Below, one piece after another: positions 1 to 7,660 of a stretch of 10,392 nucleotides of DNA. Position numbers and translations under genes: made by a program. Within the stretch, counting starts at the first letter, position 1, and every line of letters starts with the position of its first letter. The stretch comes from Promethearchaeota archaeon. GTDB taxonomy: Archaea > Asgardarchaeota > Lokiarchaeia > Sigyniarchaeales > SOKP01. The DNA is taken from contig JBHLOC010000078.1 of assembly GCA_048940925.1 (NCBI GenBank), forward strand, positions 1 to 10,392. Direction: 5' to 3'. The notes below the pieces were generated by a model. That model had not been told where the DNA came from, did no database searches, and worked only from the letters and a program-made list of their open reading frames with translations.

Positions 1-7
1 CATATAC

Positions 8-14
8 TTTAATA
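8..14 (+). promoter_or_regulatory. Candidate archaeal TATA box (TTTAATA) for the hydrolase, implying a leaderless or very short leader
   Basis: Centred about 30 nt upstream of ATG 41, with no SD-like purine run before the start. The AT-rich background weakens this. Confidence 0.3.
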
Positions 15-40
15 GGTAACATTTAATGTGGTAAGTTAAA

Positions 41-1024
41 ATGTCATATGAAGAAATCTCAAAAGTTCATAAGAAACTTGGCAAATTAATAGAGGATAGT
101 TTTGAATTTAGAAGAAAGTTAGCCAGAGAGTTTGCTACTCAAAAAGGTATACCGCTTAAGGATTTAGCATCAGGAAATGTAGAAGATAAAATAATGATGG
201 AATTTAATAGACATATTTCAAATAATTTAGGAAAGGAAAGGGGAAAAAACATTCCCACGGATGTTCGTATAGAAGGATTTAAGATTGGGCACATCCCTGC
301 TGAGTGGATTTCTATTCCTGGAGCTAGTGAAGAAAGCGTATTTTATCATTTATTTGGGGGAGGGTATATCATGGGCACTTTAGAAAGTCGTCGATGGATC
401 CCCTATCACATTTCCCGAAATACCCATCTACGATGTTTGAATATTGAGTACCGGTTAGCTCCAGAATACCCTTTTCCAGCAGCCTTAGAGGATTCAATTG
501 AGTCATACAAGTGGTTAATATCAAAAGGTTTTGACCCGAAAAAGATAATTATTGGGGGTGAATCAGCAGGTGGTGGATTAGCAATTGCAACTCTAATGAA
601 ACTTAAAGAGTTAAAAATAAAACTTCCCGCAGCTGGAGTTTTGATGTCACCATGGGCAGATCTTACAGGAAATGGAGATTCTATTATTAGAAACCAAAAA
701 TTTGAGCCTTTAATAAAAGACGGAATAATGAATATGGCAAAATCTTATGCCCAGAAGGAATCTCTTGATAATCCATTAATTTCACCAGTTTTTGCCGATC
801 TAAAAGGATTACCTCCCTTACTTATTCAGGCTGGTAGTATTGAAGCATTAGTAGATGACTCAATTACGTTAGCTGAACGAGCAAAAACAGCGGGTGTTGA
901 GGTTAAACTTGAAGTATATGAGAATATGACTCATGTTTTTCAAAATTTTGTGGAAGAATTATCCGAAAGTAGAAAAGCTTTTGAAAGTGTAAATGATTTT
1001 ATCCAGAAATTTATTTCATTGTAA
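41..1024 (+). CDS. Alpha/beta hydrolase, hormone-sensitive lipase (family IV) esterase/lipase type
   Basis: Nucleophile elbow GESAGG (GxSxG), YRLAPEYPFPAALED, SPWADL, acid region GSIEALVDDS and C-terminal His in MTHVFQ are all typical of the HSL family. The oxyanion motif reads FGGGY instead of HGGGY. Confidence 0.93.
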   Translation: MSYEEISKVHKKLGKLIEDSFEFRRKLAREFATQKGIPLKDLASGNVEDKIMMEFNRHISNNLGKERGKNIPTDVRIEGFKIGHIPAEWISIPGASEESVFYHLFGGGYIMGTLESRRWIPYHISRNTHLRCLNIEYRLAPEYPFPAALEDSIESYKWLISKGFDPKKIIIGGESAGGGLAIATLMKLKELKIKLPAAGVLMSPWADLTGNGDSIIRNQKFEPLIKDGIMNMAKSYAQKESLDNPLISPVFADLKGLPPLLIQAGSIEALVDDSITLAERAKTAGVEVKLEVYENMTHVFQNFVEELSESRKAFESVNDFIQKFISL

Positions 1025-1094
1025 AAACGATTTTAATTTATAGATGGAATTGAATGAGTACTTTTCACATCTTTTTACCTCATCACTTAATAAA

Positions 1095-1118
1095 TTTTTG
1101 TTTTTAATATTTTTTTTT
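1095..1118 (+). terminator. Oligo-T tract, candidate archaeal-type terminator of the hydrolase gene
   Basis: tttttgtttttaatattttttttt begins about 70 nt after the stop at 1024. Confidence 0.4.
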
Positions 1119-1220
1119 CCGAAAACATTACATTGTATAACTCAATATAATAAATATCATGATTAATTTCAATAATTAAAGATTAAAATTAAAAATAAAA
1201 ATGTAAAATTGAATTAGAAA

Positions 1221-1886
1221 ATGACAGTTATAACAACAAAAAAGCCTTTTGAAGAAGTTTTAAGTGCATTAAGAGATGTGAAAAAAATTGGCCTTGTTTC
1301 TTGTGGTTCTTGCGCGGCAATGTGTCAAACTGGTGGTACAGAGGGAGCTAAAGAGATGGCGGAGAAATTGGAGAAAGAAGGGTTCGAAGTAGTTCTTACA
1401 ATTGTTCCTGAAGAGGTATGTGACAATAGAGTTATGATGAAAGATTTTCGAAAAATTGATGAAGAATTAGGGCAAATAGATGCGATACTGACATTAAGTT
1501 GTGGTTTAGGAGTTGCAAGCATAACACAAGTTCTTTCAAAAAAGCATCCAGATATCCCTGTATTTATTGGTACTAATACTGAATTTATGGGAATGACTGA
1601 GAGGATTGGCAGGTTTTATATGCGCTGCCGTGGATGCGGAGATTGTTTGTTAAATGAGACAGGGGGGATATGTCCTATTACTACTTGTGCGAAATCACTT
1701 ATGAATGGACCATGTGGCGGGATGGTTCGTGGTAAGTGTGAAGTTGGTAATTATGAAAAAGATTGTGGCTGGGTTTTAATATATGAACGACTAAAGGAAT
1801 TAGGTAGATTAGATCTATTTAGTAAATTAAGAGATCCAGTAGATTGGAGTGAGTCTGGCCACCAACGAGAAGTGGTATGGAGGTAG
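1221..1886 (+). CDS. metV: Methylene-tetrahydrofolate reductase small Fe-S subunit MetV (MTHFR C-terminal-like domain protein)
   Basis: N-terminal [27 protein letters not shown] and an eight-Cys C-terminal domain [41 protein letters not shown]. It lies directly upstream of metF. Confidence 0.92.
   Translation: [221 protein letters not shown]
1879..1884 (+). promoter_or_regulatory. Shine-Dalgarno site GGAGGT for metF, overlapping the last codons and stop of metV
   Basis: TGG AGG TAG at the end of metV contains GGAGGT, 9 nt before the in-frame ATG at 1894. Confidence 0.7.
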
Positions 1887-1893
1887 AACACTA

Positions 1894-2826
1894 ATGGAAG
1901 GGAAAAAAGTTTTTTCAAAATTAGGTGAAATGCTTGCGAAAGGAGAATTCATCTTAACGGGAGAACTTGAACCTGAAAAAACATGTGATTTATCGCATAC
2001 AATTCAAGAAGCTAAAGAAATGGCTCCATACGTAGTTGCTGCAAATGTTACTGACAGTCCTCTTGGAATAGTAACCATTAATAGTATGGCAGCGTCCCAT
2101 ATAATTCAAAAAGAAGCAGGTTTGGAAGTCATTTGGCAATTAACAGTAAGAGATGTGAATAAATTAGGAATTGTGGGTATGATTATGGGGGGACATGCTT
2201 TAGGCTTAAGAAATATTTTATCACTTACGGGGGATCATCCAAATCTAGGAGATATGCCTGAGACGAAACCTGTATTTGATCTTGATTCAGCAACCTTGGT
2301 TAAATTAGTAAGAGAAATGGTCGACACTGGTTCGATAAATGGACATGAAATTGAACATCCTCCAACTCTTCACGTTGGTGCTGCTGCTAATCCAAATGCA
2401 GATCCTATGGAAGCTGAAATCTTAAAAATAGGAAGGAAAGCAAAAGCTGGCTGTGAATTTATACAGACTCAAGTTGTGTATGATTTAGACAGAACTATTG
2501 AATTTTTAAGTGAAATTAAAAAGTATAATGTTCCTGTTTTATTAGGAATTTTCCCCATGAAGAGTTATGGCATCGCAAAAGGTTTTGATACTTTTGTTCC
2601 AGGTGTAGATGTTCCAAAAGAAATCTTAGCAAAATGGAAAAATATCAAAACTGAATTTAAAGACAATAAATCAGAGCAAAAAAGAATGTATGACCAGGCA
2701 AATTATGAATTCTTTAAACCCTTTATTTCTGAACTCAAAAAAAAGGAGCTTCTATCAGGAGTGCATTGTATGGCAGTACATTATCCCCGAATCTTTCCCA
2801 AATTAATTGAAGTTGTCAACGCTTAA
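1894..2826 (+). CDS. metF: Methylene-tetrahydrofolate reductase catalytic flavoprotein subunit MetF (MetV-associated type). Start moved from GTG 1849 to ATG 1894.
   Basis: MTHFR motifs TGELEP (catalytic Glu), NVTDSP, QLTVRD, LTGDHP (conserved Asp), AANP, KAKAGCEFIQTQVVYD, GIFPM, GVHCM. ATG 1894 has a strong SD and removes the overlap with metV. Confidence 0.93.
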   Translation: MEGKKVFSKLGEMLAKGEFILTGELEPEKTCDLSHTIQEAKEMAPYVVAANVTDSPLGIVTINSMAASHIIQKEAGLEVIWQLTVRDVNKLGIVGMIMGGHALGLRNILSLTGDHPNLGDMPETKPVFDLDSATLVKLVREMVDTGSINGHEIEHPPTLHVGAAANPNADPMEAEILKIGRKAKAGCEFIQTQVVYDLDRTIEFLSEIKKYNVPVLLGIFPMKSYGIAKGFDTFVPGVDVPKEILAKWKNIKTEFKDNKSEQKRMYDQANYEFFKPFISELKKKELLSGVHCMAVHYPRIFPKLIEVVNA

Positions 2827-2858
2827 ACAAATTAAATAGAAATAAATAATTTATAATA

Positions 2859-2874
2859 TTTTTTCTTTTATTTT
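2859..2874 (+). terminator. Oligo-T tract, candidate terminator of metVF
   Basis: ttttttcttttatttt begins about 30 nt after the metF stop, in the gap before the convergent radical SAM gene. Confidence 0.45.
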
Positions 2875-2937
2875 CCCTTACCTGAAAAAGTTTCAAATTA
2901 TTATGATTATTATTTTAAAGATTATTGTTCTTATATT

Positions 2938-3996
2938 TTAACCAAATGATATTCCTCCAGATTTTGTTATTAAACTCCAATCTTCCCATACATAACTTGT
3001 ATCGATCATTGTTGGAGAATTACAACTATCACATTTTTCTGTATCTTTTAAATATTGTAGAAATCGTGGCAGATTCATTGCTTTTTCAACTGAAACTTCT
3101 CGTAAATTAGCTATTGGTTTATCTATTCGAAGACAATCTTCTATATCACCATTAGAATTAACATACATGAATACTTTTCTGGCATGGCATTGATAAGCCT
3201 TTTTCCCTCCAATAAAATGTTTCAAATACATTTCTGAATTTAATATATGAGATCCATTCTTTTTTGATTCTAAAATTTTTGAAAATGCATTACTTATTTG
3301 TTGATCTGTTGCAGAAAGAAATCCTTTCTCATCAACATCACCAGTTGAATAATGACGTATCGTATTTATGACATTAAAAGCTATGGGGACTTCTAATTCA
3401 TCACCAAGAGCAATCATTTCATTAACACGATGAATATTATATTTACTAATAGAAAAACTCAATTGTAAAGAGATATGTGGATAGTTATTTTTTATTAAAT
3501 GGACCGATTCAATTATTTTATTATATAAACCAGGTAGTTTTCTAATTTTATCATGTTCTTCTTGTAAAGGGGAATCAAGAGACATAAGAATTAGGTTAAG
3601 ATCATTTCCGAATTCATTAATTCGTTTAGGGATAAGATATCCATTGGTTATTAAACCAATAAAATCAAAATCAGCTTCATGCTTAGCGAATTTAATAATA
3701 TCTGTAATGTCCCGACGAAGTGTAGGTTCGCCTCCCCAAAGAAGAGTTATGAAAAAACCTGCTTTTTTAGCTTCCAAATAAATACGTTTAATTTCTTCTA
3801 GGGATAATTCATTTTTAACTGAATTATCTTTCCAAAGACAAGATTCACAGTCGCAATTACATCGTAGTGTCGTCAGGAAATGAAAAATAAATGGTTTCCC
3901 TTCACTTTCTTTTGCTTCTTTTGCTGCAAAAGCTAATCTAGTAAATAACTTCTTTTTTTGCTGTATTAAACTTTTGTCTTTTATTTTCTGTTCCAT
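2938..3996 (-). CDS. Radical SAM protein with a C-terminal Twitch/SPASM-like auxiliary Fe-S domain, substrate unknown
   Basis: CxxxCxxC as CNCDCESC, plus GGEPTLR, ITNG and SLDS. The C-terminus has C-x12-G-x4-C (CHARKVFMYVNSNGDIEDC) followed by CDSC. Confidence 0.9.
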   Translation of the reverse strand: MEQKIKDKSLIQQKKKLFTRLAFAAKEAKESEGKPFIFHFLTTLRCNCDCESCLWKDNSVKNELSLEEIKRIYLEAKKAGFFITLLWGGEPTLRRDITDIIKFAKHEADFDFIGLITNGYLIPKRINEFGNDLNLILMSLDSPLQEEHDKIRKLPGLYNKIIESVHLIKNNYPHISLQLSFSISKYNIHRVNEMIALGDELEVPIAFNVINTIRHYSTGDVDEKGFLSATDQQISNAFSKILESKKNGSHILNSEMYLKHFIGGKKAYQCHARKVFMYVNSNGDIEDCLRIDKPIANLREVSVEKAMNLPRFLQYLKDTEKCDSCNSPTMIDTSYVWEDWSLITKSGGISFG

Positions 3997-4016
3997 AATT
4001 GTTATTTATTTTATAA

Positions 4017-5105
4017 TTATATTTTAATAATTTTCCCTACTTTCAAATCAATGTAAGCTTCTTTAAAAGTCTCCTTAAAAGCATTAATACTTTCCATACT
4101 ACTATCATGAGGAGAAAGTGATACAAGTTTAGGATTTCTGGATTTGAGGTAATCTAATGCAAAATCCCTATCATTTTTATGCCATGGTTCCCATGGTGGT
4201 CTTCTTGTCATGATGAATTTATATATAGGCAGACCAGACCAAGTGATATCCTCACCAGGGAATTTTGGGATAGGTAAGTGTAACCCACCTATAATTCCGT
4301 AAATGGGAGTATCAAAAAGAGCTTCAACGCGATCAATTATTTTTTGGATTCCTTGGTGTCCACAGCCAACAATAATTACTATACCTTTTCCCTCTACATT
4401 TATTGCTAAAGCTTGTTCGAAAGTGGGCCCAAAGAAAAACATTGGGCTCTGAATTGGACCAATGGAAACAATACCATTGTTAATAAAGATAGGATTTTTC
4501 ACTTGGTGAACAGTGGCGGTTGGATGATTCATTGGAACGGGAGTAAAGACATTCACGTTACTTAGATTTTGTTGTATACCCGAAAGAGAGAATGTTCTTT
4601 TTCTAACCCATTTAGCGCCCCCTACATGGTCACGATGTAAATGAGAAATGAAAATGTAGTTAAAGTTCTCTGGAGAGATTCCTAAAGCCTCCATGTTCTT
4701 TAAGAGAGGAGAAGGGTGTTCGTCTTTAGAATTTAGACCTGTATCAAATAATACACCAATTTCATCAGCTTTGATATAATAAGAAACACCTTCTTCAGTG
4801 GAAAAATTACCTTCTGCATGAAAATCGATCAATGGAAGGATTTTCAAATTTTTAACTGTTCCCCCCTCATCGAGTTTCTCTATACTGGCACTAGACCAAT
4901 CATTTTCAGCAAGTTGTTTATTCATCTCAAATCTTCTATTTAGCAAAACAAGAGTGAAAAGTGGAAATGACATTTGAAAAGCGCGTAGAATTTCTCTCTG
5001 AGAAAGTTTTTCCCCTGCTAAGAATTTAGAAATAATCTCTTTATCCTTAATTAACTGGAATTCATCCAATAATTCTTTAATTTCTTTCATATCTAAATTA
5101 TTCAT
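4017..5105 (-). CDS. MBL-fold metallo-hydrolase, COG1237-like, with an N-terminal extension of about 80 aa
   Basis: Motifs EEGVSYYI, LFDTG, SHLHRDHVGG (HxHxDH), EQALAI, GCGHQG, IIGGLHL and SPHD. Confidence 0.88.
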   Translation of the reverse strand: MNNLDMKEIKELLDEFQLIKDKEIISKFLAGEKLSQREILRAFQMSFPLFTLVLLNRRFEMNKQLAENDWSSASIEKLDEGGTVKNLKILPLIDFHAEGNFSTEEGVSYYIKADEIGVLFDTGLNSKDEHPSPLLKNMEALGISPENFNYIFISHLHRDHVGGAKWVRKRTFSLSGIQQNLSNVNVFTPVPMNHPTATVHQVKNPIFINNGIVSIGPIQSPMFFFGPTFEQALAINVEGKGIVIIVGCGHQGIQKIIDRVEALFDTPIYGIIGGLHLPIPKFPGEDITWSGLPIYKFIMTRRPPWEPWHKNDRDFALDYLKSRNPKLVSLSPHDSSMESINAFKETFKEAYIDLKVGKIIKI

Positions 5106-5192
5106 TTTAAAAACCAGAAATTAGTTTTCAATTGATAATGGATTAATTATAATTTTATATAATTAAGTAATTTTTTTCAATTTACATTTTTT

Positions 5193-5200
5193 TTTATATA
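5193..5200 (+). promoter_or_regulatory. Candidate TATA box (TTTATATA) for the VIT1 gene
   Basis: Matches the archaeal TATA consensus, about 45 nt upstream of ATG 5244 in a divergent intergenic region. Confidence 0.3.
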
Positions 5201-5243
5201 TTATTATTACTGATAACTGATATGAAGTTTGCATCAAATTAAT

Positions 5244-5954
5244 ATGAGTGCTCGAGAAGAGGAACATATCGTTGGGGGAGGAAAGATTCGCAGTGTTATC
5301 TTAGGATTGAACGATGGCTTAATTTCAACGTTTACATTATTGGTAGGTGTTGCTGCTGCTACACTGGTTTCTCTTAGCAGTAATTCCATCGTTATTCTAA
5401 CAGGATTAGCGGCTATGGTTTCAGGAGCGATAAGCATGGGACTTGGTGAATACATTTCTAGTAAATCTGAATATAACTATATTAAAAATGAATTGAAAAA
5501 AGAAAGGGCTGAGATTGAACTTTTCCCTGAAGAAGAAAAAGATGAAGTAAAGGATATTTTTGAAAAAATGGGAATTAAAGGTGAATTACTTAATTCATGT
5601 GTAAATACGATTACATCAAATAAAGAGGTATGGATTGATTTTTTAATAAAAAGTGAATTAGGGTTAGAAGAACCAGAAAATCCTATTTTAGGAGCGATCT
5701 TGACATTTCTTTCCTTTATTTTTGGCTCATTTTTATCACTATTTCCATATTTTTTTAACATAGGTTTAATTTCTTTGTTTTTGTCTTCAATTATCTCATT
5801 CTTGCTGTTATTTGTTGTTGGCGCTTTAAAGACAAAAATTACAGGAGAAAACAAAATTAGAAGTGGACTTGAAATGGTGATAATAGGAATAGTAGCTTTT
5901 ATAGCTTCTTATGGGGTAGGAACTATTCTTGAAAATTTAATTACTACCATCTAA
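5244..5954 (+). CDS. VIT1/CCC1 family Fe2+/Mn2+ transporter. Likely start is ATG 5244 rather than TTG 5229.
   Basis: EEH, ILGLNDGLI (TM Asp), GAISMGLGEYISSKSE (TM Met), an acidic cytosolic insert ELKKERAEIELFPEEEKDEV..ELGL, and five hydrophobic segments. Confidence 0.93.
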   Translation: MSAREEEHIVGGGKIRSVILGLNDGLISTFTLLVGVAAATLVSLSSNSIVILTGLAAMVSGAISMGLGEYISSKSEYNYIKNELKKERAEIELFPEEEKDEVKDIFEKMGIKGELLNSCVNTITSNKEVWIDFLIKSELGLEEPENPILGAILTFLSFIFGSFLSLFPYFFNIGLISLFLSSIISFLLLFVVGALKTKITGENKIRSGLEMVIIGIVAFIASYGVGTILENLITTI

Positions 5955-5976
5955 TTGGAAGTTGAATTCAATTTGG

Positions 5977-6543
5977 CTATATTTCTTTAAAAAATCTTTG
6001 GTTATGATCACATACTGGACATACTAAAGGAATATCTCCTATTTCAACGTTTCCGCATATCTGACAAACATAAATTTTCATATTATCGATACTTTGATTT
6101 TTTTCTAATTTTTTTAAATATTTTGTAAACAGATTTGCATGAACTTTTTCTGCTTTTCTAGCAAGCGTAAAAGCTAACTCAACTACTTCATTATCTTCAT
6201 TTTTCGCATTTTTGACGAAACCTTTGTACATTTGTTTAGTTTCATATGTTTCACCATTTATAGCATCTTTTAGGTTTGTTCTTGTATCTTTAACAGTTTT
6301 TCTTAAGAGTTCTTCATTTATATTCACAATTTCTTCAATTTTAACTTCAATTTTAGTTAGGATTGAGAGTGCTTTTATATGATTTTTTATATGTATTGCT
6401 TCTGCACTCGAAATAGCTTTAAATAAATGAGAAATCTCCGGGAGTTGTTCCTCTTGTGCTCTTTCAGAATACATTTCATACTTTCTTTTTGCATTGCTTT
6501 CCCCAATAATGGCTTCTTTTAAATTTTGGATAAGACCTGACAT
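5977..6543 (-). CDS. rbr: Rubrerythrin (diiron four-helix bundle plus C-terminal rubredoxin-like domain)
   Basis: Diiron ligands in GESNA..Y, EAIH, GETYE..MY and EKVH. C-terminal CQICG-x-CPVC. Confidence 0.95.
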   Translation of the reverse strand: MSGLIQNLKEAIIGESNAKRKYEMYSERAQEEQLPEISHLFKAISSAEAIHIKNHIKALSILTKIEVKIEEIVNINEELLRKTVKDTRTNLKDAINGETYETKQMYKGFVKNAKNEDNEVVELAFTLARKAEKVHANLFTKYLKKLEKNQSIDNMKIYVCQICGNVEIGDIPLVCPVCDHNQRFFKEI

Positions 6544-6631
6544 TTTTTTAGATTCTCTCTTTCTTTTTCTATAATTTCCATAAAAGAAATATAAAATTCA
6601 TATAATTTTGCTTTAAATTGTAAATTATTTT

Positions 6632-7660
6632 CTAACTATAATACAAAATTCTTCCATTTCTTTCAATAGAGCTTACTAAACCTAAATTCTCAAGATAGAA
6701 TAAATGACCTAAAACCTCACTAAGAGCTAAAAAAGAATTAGCCCCATCGAGATCCGTGCCAAAATGAAGTTGAGAGATCCTTAAAGGTGTTAACGGATTA
6801 TTTTTGATTACTTTTGATATTTCTGCTAACCTATTCTTATGATGTTCTTTGATTTCTGTAATTCGCTTATGAGGATTATATATAATATCTTGATGAGCTG
6901 GAAAAATAATTTTGGATTTTAACTTATTTATCCTATCTAATGAATTTAAATAATGATTTAAGATATTATTAAAATCATAGCCTTTATATTGTTCTGTTAG
7001 GAATTTTGGAATAACATAATTGCCAATATGAGGAGTTATACGGCTTAATATATGATCCCCACAAAACAAATATTTTTTATTTCTATTAAAAACACAAATA
7101 TGACCAAAACTATGACCAGGAGTCCAAATTATTTCTAAGTTATCTAAAATTATATCACCGTCATGTAATGTTATATCAGGTTCTTGATATTCACGTAGTT
7201 GTGGCCAATAACTCAAAAATCTCACTACGATTTCTGATTGTTTTTTATTCAAGCCATATCTAATCATTTGATTTGCTATTTTAATCGCTTTATTTTCTAT
7301 TTTATCTAAATTTCCTTCCTTAGTTTCCCATTTCAAGGTTTTAGCAGTTATATCATGCATTAATATTTTAAGATCAGGATTTTTTTTCTTTAGTGTTCTC
7401 GCTAATCCAACATGATCGGAATGATTGTGAGAGATAAAGCAATACTCAATGTCCTTAATAGAAATATCTATTTCTTTAAGTGCTGAAAAAAATAATTTAC
7501 TCCAATTTCCCATATTCAATCCAGAATCGAAAAGAATAATCTTTTCTTTTACAGTAAAAATATATAGGCTAACATTTCTAACTGACCATGGTATATCTAT
7601 TTTAATTTGATAAACATCTTCAATTTTGTTTACTTCAGAGTTAAATTTTACAGAATACAA
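6632..7660 (-). CDS. MBL-fold metallo-hydrolase (glyoxalase II-like) with a probable C-terminal winged-helix domain
   Basis: Motifs FDSG, SHNHSDHVG, TPGHSFGH, GDHIL and PAH. The tail LTPLRISQLHFG..EVLGHLFYLENLGLV..GRILYY looks like a winged helix. The TTG start is bounded by an in-frame TAA with five codons in between. Confidence 0.88.
   Translation of the reverse strand: MYSVKFNSEVNKIEDVYQIKIDIPWSVRNVSLYIFTVKEKIILFDSGLNMGNWSKLFFSALKEIDISIKDIEYCFISHNHSDHVGLARTLKKKNPDLKILMHDITAKTLKWETKEGNLDKIENKAIKIANQMIRYGLNKKQSEIVVRFLSYWPQLREYQEPDITLHDGDIILDNLEIIWTPGHSFGHICVFNRNKKYLFCGDHILSRITPHIGNYVIPKFLTEQYKGYDFNNILNHYLNSLDRINKLKSKIIFPAHQDIIYNPHKRITEIKEHHKNRLAEISKVIKNNPLTPLRISQLHFGTDLDGANSFLALSEVLGHLFYLENLGLVSSIERNGRILYYS

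Noticed and set aside
1025-1220. SAM, THF or ZTP riboswitch upstream of metVF
   Set aside because: The region is too AT-rich and lacks the conserved cores and stems of these riboswitches as far as I can see by eye.
1325-1522. 65-aa minus-strand ORF
   Set aside because: Antisense shadow fully inside metV, with no recognisable motif.
1849-1893. 15-aa N-terminal extension of MetF from GTG 1849
   Set aside because: It overlaps metV, and ATG 1894 has a well-spaced GGAGGT.
2925-3110. 61-aa hydrophobic plus-strand ORF, considered as a radical SAM precursor peptide or small membrane protein
   Set aside because: Almost entirely antisense to the radical SAM 3' end. Its Leu/Phe richness follows from the T-rich antisense strand.
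4012-4021. TATAATTATA palindrome similar to those at 5145, 7768 and 7820, considered as a shared operator
   Set aside because: It is pure A/T, overlaps a stop codon, and is expected by chance at this composition.
5234-5854. 73-aa and 125-aa minus-strand ORFs
   Set aside because: Antisense shadows of the VIT1 gene.
4017-7660. MBL-fold genes as beta-lactam resistance or as nuclease/defence genes
   Set aside because: Their motifs match widespread housekeeping MBL subfamilies. I see no signal peptide, beta-CASP-like architecture or defence neighbours.
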